DNA of 64,000 nucleotides from Iphione sp. A-MEVVRFRX5 (Eukaryota), in assembly GCA_976226885.1 (NCBI GenBank), contig OZ320320.1, positions 31,558,001 to 31,622,000 of the forward strand, in the 5' to 3' direction. The notes beneath the pieces were generated by a model that did no database searches, was not told the origin of the DNA, and saw only the letters and a program-made list of their open reading frames with translations. Below are positions 41,648 through 50,217 of the stretch, piece after piece. Position 1 is the first letter of the stretch, and every line of letters starts with the position of its first letter. A program made the translations under genes and the position numbers.

Positions 41648-44600
41648 TTCTCTCTCTCTTCACAGCCCGTTAAAACAAATAATAACGTTTTAGCTGGAGA
41701 CCTTGTGATGTAAAAGGCATGTTGTTTACAGGACCATTGATACTGAAGGGTCAGCGAGTCTAAGCGTAGGTCAATCAGTAGTATTGACCGGTGGGGAGTG
41801 ATTAGGTGGGGATGGTGAAGGTAGAATGGGGATGTTACTATAGCAGCCGGTGACAGAATGCGATGTAAGAGGGCGGAGGGGGAAGGGTACGAGCCAATAA
41901 TGTGGAGAAAACAGCAGACGAGAAAGGTCAGTGGGCGCCAAGGGTTTTAAAACAAAGCACATTGAGTGACTTGGCCAGAGTAGGGGACCCATGAGGGAGT
42001 GTGCAACAAAGAGGAAGCAAGTGTGCCGTCAGGAAATGAGAAAGGCCTGAACAGAGAATGTATGTATGCGTGTGACTAAGCAAACTGGTTAGTGTGTGGG
42101 TGAGTGGTTGGATGAGTGAGTGAGTGAGTCAGTGAGTGAGTGAGTGAGTCGGTATAGTGAGCGTCGGGGGAAGGGAATGAGGTGCTAGATAATCCAAAGC
42201 AAAGGAGTGAAAGGGATATAATCGATACAGGGGAGATACAAATAAATAGCGAGAGAGGAAGGAGAGAACAGGAAATATATATATATATATACTATAGAGA
42301 GGGAAGAGGGATAGATAAAATACAAGCAGCAAGTACATTTCACATGGAAACAATGTGGAGAAATTTAGGTCAAAAAGAGTGACGTCCCAAATAAAGAGAT
42401 ATTTATGGGATCACCCCTTTTATGATTCAAGGAAGCGTATTGTAGGTGCGCATGTCAGAGTGAGGTCTACTGATAAATGTCATTTGAAAATTAATTTGAA
42501 TATTACTTTGTGAGCGCGAGGCGTAAGCCTAGCGATGTAGGGGACTGAAGCGGGCTAATTTGATACCAGTGAAGACTATTCAGTACGCGTGGTCGATTAG
42601 AAGTTACGTCGGGGATAACCCAACTGTGTGATGTTCTGACAGGGAATTGACAAGATCGACTATGATGCCTTCAATCGGTCAATTATAAGTGAAGTTTCTT
42701 TAGATGGATGGGCAGTTTGAAAAGAGCACGGATGTAGAGACAAGAAAGGAAGAAGTCTGATATGAAGGAAACAAATAGAAAATGGCGAAACCGAGTTAGG
42801 GCGATAGAGAGGAATATTGAGAAGAGGGGGGAATACATTCATACAGAAGAAGACTTCACGTTGAGCAACACGAAGAGAGGCATTGCTGGAGAGCGGCAGT
42901 CTACAGCTGGCTGTGACGGCGAGGAGCGTGCAGTTCACAATGCAGGCCGTCGAGCTGCTCGCCTTTCCCGGGGGGTTCTTATCAGGCGGCGGCGGCGGCG
43001 GCGGAGGGAAGAGGGTGGTTTAAATCCACCTCCTCCCATATCCCCCCCTTACCCTACCGCGGGGATCTGTCACCTGCACATGTCACTTATCGCATGATAA
43101 TCTCGACGACGACGACGACGACAGCGACAACGACGACCGATGGCGCAGCGGTTGCCTTGCCCCCTACTTCCGGCATCCACGCTGGCCGAGCGTTGCTTCG
43201 ATCGACGGTTACTGCGAATTCTCACGGGCGCGGCGGCGTCAGCGCCGGTGCGAGATCCGATAGGGACGGCATAGGAGAGGGGGGTTAAGGAGGGGGTGAC
43301 GGGGGTGGGGGGCGAGGGGTGCTTGGCTCTCCCCCCGCTAACTTGGGAGGTTCCCCAGATAGTCGACCCAAAAACATTGTCTTTCCGCCAAGCGGTCGAC
43401 TTCACAATGTTGCTAACGGAGATTAAACTATTGACCCGTGTCAGTACAGGCCCGAAACGTGCGAGCAAATGAGGAGTTGGTATTAGTGAGATAAGAGCTG
43501 CTCTGTTCAGACCGGTATCAACATATAGACAGGGCCCCTCAGCGGCCGGCAGGAATAGGAAAGTACCTGCCTAAGTCAGAACCTCATCGCTCTGATGCTG
43601 TCGTCAAATGGTTCTCTCTTTTTTGCTGCTGGTGTAACTCGCCACTTCCCGAGCATGCATTCGAGGAAAGTGCAGGGGCTATTGGGAAATGGGAGAGAGA
43701 GAGAGCCAGATGAGGATCCACAATGATACGCAAGATCTACTTGACAGCCCATCGAAATCTACAGCAGCCATCTAAAACCCTTCAGTCGAGAACAATTCGA
43801 AACGAGATGGAGATCCTTGTTTTCATCTTTACCGTTGGGAGGCATGTCTGTGCTGAGTAAAGCATTGATCGATAATTCCAGCCAATTGGCCACATCTTGT
43901 TGATGCACCATCTCCGTTAAAATAATCAATGTAATGGTCAATTGTGGAGTTGAGCGTGAATGGACACAAAAACGTGTTAACATATTACATTGAGTTACTC
44001 TCCGATACATCCAAACTGAATGACAAGTGTAAGAGATATCAAGAAGCTTTATCAATGAAGAGAATAGATCAATGAAGGAAACATTAACTAATAACTAACT
44101 GTGGAATACCGTAAGGGGAGGGAAAACGGTTATACCCCCGATGCTAAACCTATTGGACTAACCGGGGATCTCACAATCACCCCACAGTCCTATTTATTCA
44201 TAGATCTCACTTAAGAAACGAGGTTACGCTCATGGTACAAACAGATCTGGAGTAAGCACCTGATCACTTTCTAAGTCTCCCTGTTTCAAGCCATGTTTCG
44301 ATAAATGAGTTTTGGGTGCATGCATGTAGAGAGCATGCAAGAATAACAGTTTGTTTTAGGTGTTTTTCAACAGCCACCCACATGTGGTGTTTCCATAAAT
44401 GAATGTCCCGATTTTTTGGCATTAATTTCTTGTAACTGACCCATACCTGTTTAAATTTTACCATGACATCTTGACGGTTTTTTGCATAAATATTTTGAAT
44501 ATGATCCACAACTGTGTAAACTATAAAATTTACGGAGAGTGCTCACTCTGAGCAATGCACTCTGCACGCGCTCCATACCACCACACTCCATAAAAATGCC

Positions 44601-45095
44601 TCAGTACGTTCCCATGAGAATGAAAAATCACTGCCCACATGCACTATGCATAAACCTCACACAGCTGCATTCATGGAAAGTTGGCATTTGTCAATTTGGT
44701 ATACTTCTGCCTTATCACAAGTTAGAAATGCAATGGATTTATTGTTTTAATGTATTGAAAATGAGAATAAATATGCCGTATTTCACCCAGAAAAGATTGA
44801 TAGAGCTAATTTAAAAACATACTTCAACTCATCAATAACTATGCCTGTTTTTAATCGAGGTAGAGTGATACATACTTTTGTTTCAGACGACATAGTGAAT
44901 ATGGTCCGTTAAACCATGTTAGACAAGTGGACTTACCCTTTTTAGATGCCAGAAATGAATTGTGGGCGGGCAGATGCTGTATGTCGTAGGCTATCTTGGT
45001 GTGGGTCAGAATGCTTCGGTCCTTGTTCACCCTGAATATAGCGTACCGGAAGGCATTCTCCAACGTGAGATCTTCACCATCCCCAAATAGGCCAC
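10318..45095 (-). CDS. Partial multi-exon gene: ionotropic glutamate receptor, kainate-like, amino-terminal domain (6 exons found)
   Basis: Exons 44937-45095, 17496-17750, 16808-16983, 15746-15799, 13932-14102 and 10318-10470 all have AG/GT ends and compatible phases. They join into one stop-free frame: GGLF...ENAFRYAIFRVN...SFLASKKACNQAGLGVAAIFGP...MCNTLEIPHIE...NLYP...ITVRQ...QLGMI...NLTGFRL...EAALMYDAVHVLAHAL...CEGDQAWAFGSSLYNYL. This is the motif order of kainate-receptor ATDs. The 5' exon and all downstream exons were not located. Confidence 0.92.
12300..13500 (-). mobile_element. Heavily decayed L1/Tx1-like ORF2 C-terminal relic
   Basis: Fragments across several frames: TLVWNSGLSQMFPRWRKEGLNQADL, IAILYSVF...NYRKRW, FC..CKKGNWMWHL...ILRW. 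They resemble, in order, the C-terminal region of Tx1/L1 ORF2. Many stops and frameshifts; boundaries approximate. Confidence 0.4.
13932..14102 (-). CDS. iGluR ATD exon E (171 nt, phase 0 to phase 0)
   Basis: Acceptor tttgcccag|GAC, donor AAG|gtatag. Encodes DMETIDMENFRHNYVNLTGFRLVNYSNMRVLDILQQMETYESSSPSTRLLNSSGIIK. Not in the ORF track. Confidence 0.9.
15746..15799 (-). CDS. iGluR ATD exon D (54 nt, phase 0 to phase 0)
   Basis: Acceptor ctcgttaccag|GCG, donor CTG|gtaagt. Encodes ALQLGMIDPVHHFILTNL, which fills the expected gap between exons C and E. Too short for the ORF track. Confidence 0.9.
16808..16983 (-). CDS. iGluR ATD exon C (176 nt, phase 1 to phase 0)
   Basis: Acceptor gttgaag|AT CTC TTA, donor GCC|gtgagt. 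Encodes DLLLLQDIIRAPINSQVEITVRQASRENMRETLKEIDKKGIHHIIAHLNTEDTYWLLNA. Confidence 0.9.
17496..17750 (-). CDS. iGluR ATD exon B (255 nt, phase 1 to phase 1)
   Basis: Acceptor ctctacag|CA TGT AAC with a ctgat branch-like site upstream, donor AAC G|gtgagt. Encodes ACNQAGLGVAAIFGPRGDDIAGHINSMCNTLEIPHIEIRSD...NLYPDAGQLSRAYLELLKHFKWDKFVVIYANKN. Confidence 0.95.
25557..25612 (+). repeat. Alternating purine-pyrimidine tract with a (CG)8 core flanked by TG/TA repeats
   Basis: 56 nt of unbroken purine/pyrimidine alternation; (CG)8 at 25589-25604. Confidence 0.95.
25721..25752 (+). repeat. (GT)16 microsatellite
   Basis: Perfect run. Confidence 0.95.
26280..26975 (+). mobile_element. Decayed LINE 3' end (ORF2 C-terminus, 3' UTR, microsatellite tail)
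   Basis: Frame reads ELQIE*NRCLK...ANLDPLEER...KKPNVKKYRSCYI*RGISM*NLLPEVVK, similar to the end of the intact ORF2 (KPNITLYR...NLWNSL). Followed by a 10-bp hairpin (26923-26946), AATAAA (26951-56) and (GAATCTT)2GAAT. Confidence 0.65.
27217..27425 (+). repeat. Two (AG)n microsatellites (27217-27252 and 27368-27425)
   Basis: (AG)18, and a longer run with one interruption. Confidence 0.95.
30721..30996 (+). repeat. Nested degenerate direct repeats
   Basis: tttgggtctctcc...tggtc.ccc.tgtgaa at 30721 and 30961. aggtcat.cctctc.agggygttgaaacc..tcaaacaa at 30789 and 30884. Confidence 0.8.
36718..37600 (+). mobile_element. 5'-truncated, decayed CR1/L2-like LINE fragment (RT thumb to 3' end)
   Basis: Two same-frame ORFs (36718-36930 and 36937-37179) split by one TGA: WCESQGLVMNPQKTQYILL...LLGYVIDQNLN*...FKAFVCPVFVYA...EIQLEFNKCFR. 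Ends with a hairpin (37547-37565), AACAAA and (TATTC)3. Confidence 0.75.
39660..39990. promoter_or_regulatory. CpG-rich cluster of promoter-type motifs inside the 27-kb intron
   Basis: ETS-like CCGGAA/ACTTCCGGT (39764, 39798, about 39970), inverted CCAAT (39824), palindromic E-box GGTCACGTGACC (39828-39839), DRE-like TATCGAT (39721). Confidence 0.4.
41569..41660 (+). repeat. Interrupted (CT)n microsatellite
   Basis: Direct observation. Confidence 0.9.
42108..42148 (+). repeat. Imperfect (GTGA)n tetranucleotide repeat
   Basis: Direct observation. Confidence 0.8.
42880..43420. other. CpG-rich island with (GCG)n, (ACG)n and a G-quadruplex-forming tract
   Basis: High CpG density; five runs of 4-6 G at 43279-43319. 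Confidence 0.6.
44937..45095 (-). CDS. iGluR ATD exon A (159 nt, phase 1 to phase 1)
   Basis: Acceptor ttctctgcag|GT GGC CTA TTT, donor AAG G|gtaagt. Encodes GGLFGDGEDLTLENAFRYAIFRVNKDRSILTHTKIAYDIQHLPAHNSFLASKK. Confidence 0.9.
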
Positions 45096-47199
45096 CTGCA
45101 GAGAACACAAGCAGCACGAATATTCATGAGCTAGAATCATGAATTTAAATGAACGTGGTACAGCAAAGGTGGTGTGACCTTCAGAATCTATACAACAAAG
45201 ACAATTTCAGCTTGAACAAGTTAACCGTTTTAATGGTTACATAACGTCATAATATTGAAAGGGAAATTAAGCATTAATATGTGAGAGGCACTTGATAATT
45301 CGTATCCATCATGTTTTTTTTAAATTATGATCCTGTAAATGACTTAGTAGGAACAAAATTCATAATGTATTTTATTTGACAAGAAGCCTAACAGTAAGAA
45401 AGGAACCGTGAAAACCAATCATCTCGCTGAATTGACTTTCATGCAAAGATATGATTTTCTATGTAGTTGCAAAACCTTATGCTGCCCCCCAAAGCAAGCC
45501 GGTGGTAAAAAAACTGAAAAAAGGACACTAATGATGAAATTGTTTTGTACGTGACAACTACAGTGGAGTGCCCTGTATAGACACGCCTCTCATAAGGACA
45601 TGTCTCTAGTAGGGAAAATTCAGCTCAGAACAAAAATATTCCCTACGTAATCATGTTTAAGGGAGAGCCTCTGATAGGGACACCCTATATTACTGTATGA
45701 CTTGTAAAACATGGCCCTAAGCATCATTCTACATGAGAACTGGTGCAGATTGGCCTCAGGCCACAGAGTCTCTAATAGGGACAAGTCTCTATTAGGGGCA
45801 GTTTGGCTTAGAAACAGAGGGTGTCTGTAATAGAAGCGCTCCATTGTACAATACATGACCTGGTGTGACCAAACAAAATCTAACATGGAGTTTTCCCTGG
45901 ACAGTGTTTGGGAATACATGTACTATCGCGCATTTCTCGTGAGAAATGTAATCATTTATCAGAAAAAGACAGAATAGGTTCGCGTTATAACTGAAAAGTA
46001 GTGCCCTTCAAAACTATTGTTGATTTATATGACATGTGGTTCTCTGAGTAATGCGTGAATTAGGATTAAGGTCTCGTGGTATCATAAGGGAATGAGGCAG
46101 GGGTATCACAATCAAAAATACGTAATTATTTTCTCCTTGTGATGCGATAGACGAAGGAACCAATCAATAAGCAGTCTGGGGGAAATGGCGGCAATTACCA
46201 CAGTTACTGCCCTACGTGGCAGAGCCTCGTTTCCATCAGGAAGGACGAGCTGACCTTGGCTAACATTCATTTGTAGGGGTCACCCAGGGAATTTGGTTTA
46301 TACCGACAAATCGAGCAACGCGCTCGTTAGGCGTTTCAGCCTCCCTATATGAGCGACTCGCGGCATCAACCACATTTACTCGAGCAGCTCAGTTAAGGCA
46401 GACCCGGAGGTGGGCAAGTGGGTGGGCGGGGGTACTTTTATTCCAGGCCCTACGTAAAGAGCGTCATCACCGTCTTGTTTGTGTTTTAGAGGAGGAGGAG
46501 GTAGCAGGGAGGGGGCATCGAATGAGGGTTGATATACTTCACACACACCGTCCGCCTCGTTATCTCAATGACATCGATTTGTACCTAATACTGATGAGGA
46601 CCAAACTTCATATCACGTTAGTGTCCGTTCCCCCTATGACCTCCTCCAGTGGACGAGCACTGGTTAAACTACTTTCATGCCGCTGTCCAATTTGCACAGC
46701 CTTCTCCGCTTGCATGGCCATATCCTTGCTCTCTATGCACTTATCGGCGGTATGGAAGGCTACGTATAGGCTCTATTAAAACTTTGAAATCAAAAACCCA
46801 AACTGTGTGATGTCTAATGTAAAATAAACTTTGCATGGAACCTGGGAAGGATGCTTTCCGGCTGTGACCCGATGTTTACAAAAACAAAGCTAAGAGACAG
46901 AAAATCTGTTAGAAAGATTAAAATGAGTGTACATACAAATAAGAATGGAAAGTTTTCATACTTTCGTATGTATATTTTGAAATTGCCTCGAATGTCTTGG
47001 TAAAAACAATCTTTGAATTTATTTAACTTTTTAAACCACATACCTATAAGTACTGCTAATGTAACATTCTGAAATACTGATATGAGTTTTACAATATTCT
47101 TCCTTTGATGACAAGAAATGAAAATGTTTTTATATAATTTTCCTCTCAATATCCCATTCCCAGTGAGTGGCTGCTCCCAAGAGTTCGATGCCTAACCAT

Positions 47200-47420
47200 T
47201 CAAGAAGTTCATGGCGTCGCGAGAGTGAATAGACGTGTCGGTGAGAGGGAGCGAAGTAAAGAGGGGATATACTCTAGTATCCTAAATCATCGATAGCCAC
47301 AAAACGAACATTAAACCCATAACTACCTGCTGGAGCCCCTCAAGCACTATATCACGCCGCTGACTGGAATATTTCCTGAATTACGGCTCATTTTCGAATA
47401 TACCGCGAGCCTGGGCGACA
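47200..47420 (+). promoter_or_regulatory. Putative LINE 5' UTR with internal promoter
   Basis: CpG-containing leader before the ORF1 ATG, with ATGGCG (47211-16) and AGACGTG (47231-37). The latter resembles the downstream element of insect LINE internal promoters. Confidence 0.4.
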
Positions 47421-48896
47421 ATGGGGACTACTGTAGGCGATAGCCTCATACTGGATATATCGTCCGGTTCGGCCAACAAGTATGTAGACGCAGTCTTGGC
47501 CACACCTACACCTCAGCCGAAAATAATCAATCAAGGGGGCAACCCGCAACTTCGAGTGGGCACTTCTACATACCAAAATAACCATGGAGTCTCAGTTCCT
47601 GAATCCACCTCGCAAGTCACAAGAGGCTCACTCAACGGCCGGTTGGAAATGGACACAGGGACCATGGCTCCCACTTACGTACAACAACACCAACAAAAAA
47701 TGGGTATGTCTGTGAAACCGATCACTGTTGATTCTAATGTTGTCTTAACATCAACAGCATCTACCTATACAAATCAAAACAACCAATTGTCGTGTACATA
47801 CAGTTCTGGTCCCAACATGCAACCGATTATTCATGACACTCTTGATCACGTTACGATGGGTTCGCTGTCGAGTAAAGTAGTGGAGTCTACTGGCCATTAC
47901 CTAGCAAATGATTCAAATCGAGTGGTATATAATTTAGACCAGTGTTTTTCACAATCTCAAGCACAATTTATTCCGACAATGAACTTATTTGGCCAATCAC
48001 AAAGCATTGTCGAACCGAGATCTGTTCCAATAAGTATGAGTCACATTAGCGTCTCAGCCCAAGTAACACCTACTCTATCCGCAACCCTGAATAAACAAGG
48101 TGACTTAGTAGGGAAACGCAAAGTGATAAGCCCAATTGATGCTGATTGTGAGACGAAAAAAGTCAGAGAAAAATCCCCGGAGGCTGAAAACAAAACACTA
48201 ACTGAACCTAGTAATAATGAGGTCTTTGATTTCCTATCTGAAATCAGGCACTCTAGTCCCAGCGATAAACCGTCTTTACTAATTCAAGGTATGTTTGCTG
48301 AAATGAACTCGCTAATCAAAAATCTCAATGTAACACTGACCCAGCATATTGATGAGACTAAAAAAATGCATCAGTCATTCACCACAGGAATTGAGAAAAA
48401 CAGCAAGGCAATAAGTGAAATCCTTGTATCTATGCAAGATCAAAAAGGCAAAATTGACAAGCTAGTTGCTGAGAACTCTGACCTCAAGGCAAAGGTTGAC
48501 ACTCTAACAAACAACTGTGCACTAGAGAAAACGAAACAGTCCCTTGTTATAAACCAAGTTAATTCGCTTCAGGAGGAAGTTGTTAAATTACAGAGAGAAA
48601 GTAAGGCGAACAACCTAATTGTTACAGGACTAGCGGAAGAAGGGGGGGAAACACACAGAAAACTATGTGACAAGGTAGCGACAGTGTTCAAAAAAGCGGA
48701 CAACACGTTTGACGTAACAGACATTGATTCATGCTTCAGACTGGGTATGAAGACTGAGGGTAAGACACGAGATGTCAAAGTCAAATTTGCCAAGTCCCAC
48801 ACAAAAACAAAGATACTACAGGGTAGGGCAAATTTAAAAAACTCTCCATGGTATCTGGGTGAACGAATATCTCCCCCAAACAGACCGGGCAAATAG
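47421..48896 (+). CDS. LINE ORF1, N-terminal part: low-complexity region, coiled coil, RRM-like domain (frameshifted before the CTD)
   Basis: 491-aa ORF. Heptad-rich segment at about 48300-48605 (EMNSLIKNLN...LQEEVVKLQRESK), then NNLIVTGLAEE...DIDSCFRLG...RDVKVKF, the typical ORF1p RRM signature. Similarity continues in the +1 frame from about 48841. Confidence 0.85.
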   Translation: MGTTVGDSLILDISSGSANKYVDAVLATPTPQPKIINQGGNPQLRVGTSTYQNNHGVSVPESTSQVTRGSLNGRLEMDTGTMAPTYVQQHQQKMGMSVKPITVDSNVVLTSTASTYTNQNNQLSCTYSSGPNMQPIIHDTLDHVTMGSLSSKVVESTGHYLANDSNRVVYNLDQCFSQSQAQFIPTMNLFGQSQSIVEPRSVPISMSHISVSAQVTPTLSATLNKQGDLVGKRKVISPIDADCETKKVREKSPEAENKTLTEPSNNEVFDFLSEIRHSSPSDKPSLLIQGMFAEMNSLIKNLNVTLTQHIDETKKMHQSFTTGIEKNSKAISEILVSMQDQKGKIDKLVAENSDLKAKVDTLTNNCALEKTKQSLVINQVNSLQEEVVKLQRESKANNLIVTGLAEEGGETHRKLCDKVATVFKKADNTFDVTDIDSCFRLGMKTEGKTRDVKVKFAKSHTKTKILQGRANLKNSPWYLGERISPPNRPGK

Positions 48897-49524
48897 GAGT
48901 GACTTGAGAAGTATCTTTCATCTTGCAAAATCGTTAAACTATCAAACCAAATTGGAGGGGAGTAAGGTAGTGGTAGCAGGTGTACCCTATACAAAGCAAA
49001 CTCTACACCGCCTCCCACCAGGCCTCAGTCTTGAAAAGGCATCCGAGAAAAGTGACGAAAACACAATTGCTTTCTTCGGAAAGAATCATGCTTTCTCAAA
49101 TAACTACATAAGGCAATTTGAATTTGAGGGGGTCATTTATCAACCTGTTGACCAAGCAGCTGGGGCGTCGATAGCTCTGAGGCAAGGGAACCATAACCTA
49201 TTTCGAGAAATCCTTCAGACACAAGACCCCATGCTAATCCACAGAAAGGTAATGCCGGTGGTAAACTCCCTGACAAGAGAACAGGTGCATGCCCACATAT
49301 CGTCCATTGTCCTGACCAAATTCAGTCAAATACCCGACCTAAGACGCAAGCTGTTAGAAACAGGTGAGAAGCGACTGGTAGAAGCGTCACTGGACCCAAC
49401 CTGGGGGGCAGGGGTAACGCTAAAAAACCTCGACCTGGTGCGTGGACACCACCCGGGCCAGAACCACCAGGGTAGCATTCTTATGTCTGTCCGCACTAGA
49501 CTCAGACGGCCTCTGACGGTGTAA
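48859..49524 (+). CDS. LINE ORF1 continuation: ORF1p CTD fused to a NADAR (YbiA/DUF1768-like) domain
   Basis: The frame is open from 48838 (TLHGIWVNEYLP...AKSLNYQTKLEGSKVVVAGVPY, ORF1p CTD pattern). It continues FFG...FSNNY...FEGVIY...ILQTQDP...KFSQIPDLRRKLLETGEKRLVEASLDPTWGAG...GQNHQGSILMSVRTRL, which follows the NADAR family pattern (49066-49503). Confidence 0.85.
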   Translation: MNEYLPQTDRANRSDLRSIFHLAKSLNYQTKLEGSKVVVAGVPYTKQTLHRLPPGLSLEKASEKSDENTIAFFGKNHAFSNNYIRQFEFEGVIYQPVDQAAGASIALRQGNHNLFREILQTQDPMLIHRKVMPVVNSLTREQVHAHISSIVLTKFSQIPDLRRKLLETGEKRLVEASLDPTWGAGVTLKNLDLVRGHHPGQNHQGSILMSVRTRLRRPLTV

Positions 49525-49539
49525 GAAAGACCTACAGTC

Positions 49540-50217
49540 ATGCAGTCAAACTGGGGCTTAGTACACATATTCTCAGACTCGCACAGTGGTGGATTGCAAT
49601 CTGATCTGCACAGGCACAATTACCAGGTGCAGGTACACGTCTACCCGGGCAAGGGCATCACAGAGCTGACTGACATTATTCTGAACTATACATTTGATAC
49701 ACCCCCACTATACATTATCGTCATGGGTGGTACAACTAATGTGACTGCAGTGCGACGAAACACGGTCCTGGAAAGTGGCCGCGTTTGTAGACAGATCTAC
49801 CTCCCTGATGAGGACCCGGTAACGATTCAACATAGGTTTGCCTTATTGTTAGATCTATCTTTGGCCAGAATTCGCATTGCATTGCCGAATGTCTTTGTTG
49901 TTTTTTCAACAGTTATCTGTCCACATATTGCAAAGTATAATGCAAAACTTTCTGGAGAGTATTTTGCAGACGGACAATACCATCCGGCTCAGAGACAATT
50001 GAATCGGGCGGCCCACATGGTGAACGGTTTTATACGTGGATTCAACCGTAAACGAGGGCTACCAACACCAATGGTAGGAGGTATCATCCACAGCAGGGCA
50101 AACCGTCGCGACACCAACAAACTATTCAAGCTGCATGATGGTTGTCACCTGGGCCCGGAAGGCAGGACGGAAATGGTTGCGGTAATGGAGAAATTTCTTA
50201 ACAAACTCTCTTTCTGA
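49540..50217 (+). CDS. SGNH/GDSL-type esterase inside the LINE
   Basis: 225 aa with all four blocks: I IFSDSH (Ser at 49579-81), II PGKG, III GGTTN, V DGCH (Asp 50137-39, His 50146-48). Confidence 0.85.
   Translation: MQSNWGLVHIFSDSHSGGLQSDLHRHNYQVQVHVYPGKGITELTDIILNYTFDTPPLYIIVMGGTTNVTAVRRNTVLESGRVCRQIYLPDEDPVTIQHRFALLLDLSLARIRIALPNVFVVFSTVICPHIAKYNAKLSGEYFADGQYHPAQRQLNRAAHMVNGFIRGFNRKRGLPTPMVGGIIHSRANRRDTNKLFKLHDGCHLGPEGRTEMVAVMEKFLNKLSF

Noticed and set aside
46591-46610. CTGATGAGGACCAAAC, resembling a minimal hammerhead
   Set aside because: Lacks the conserved G of GAAA and the flanking helices.
47388-47585. 65-aa antisense ORF at the LINE 5' end, reminiscent of primate L1 ORF0
   Set aside because: ORFs of this length occur by chance throughout the window, and it mostly overlaps ORF1 antisense.
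48569-49018. 149-aa antisense ORF spanning the ORF1 frameshift
   Set aside because: No recognisable motif; best explained as a shadow of the coding strand.
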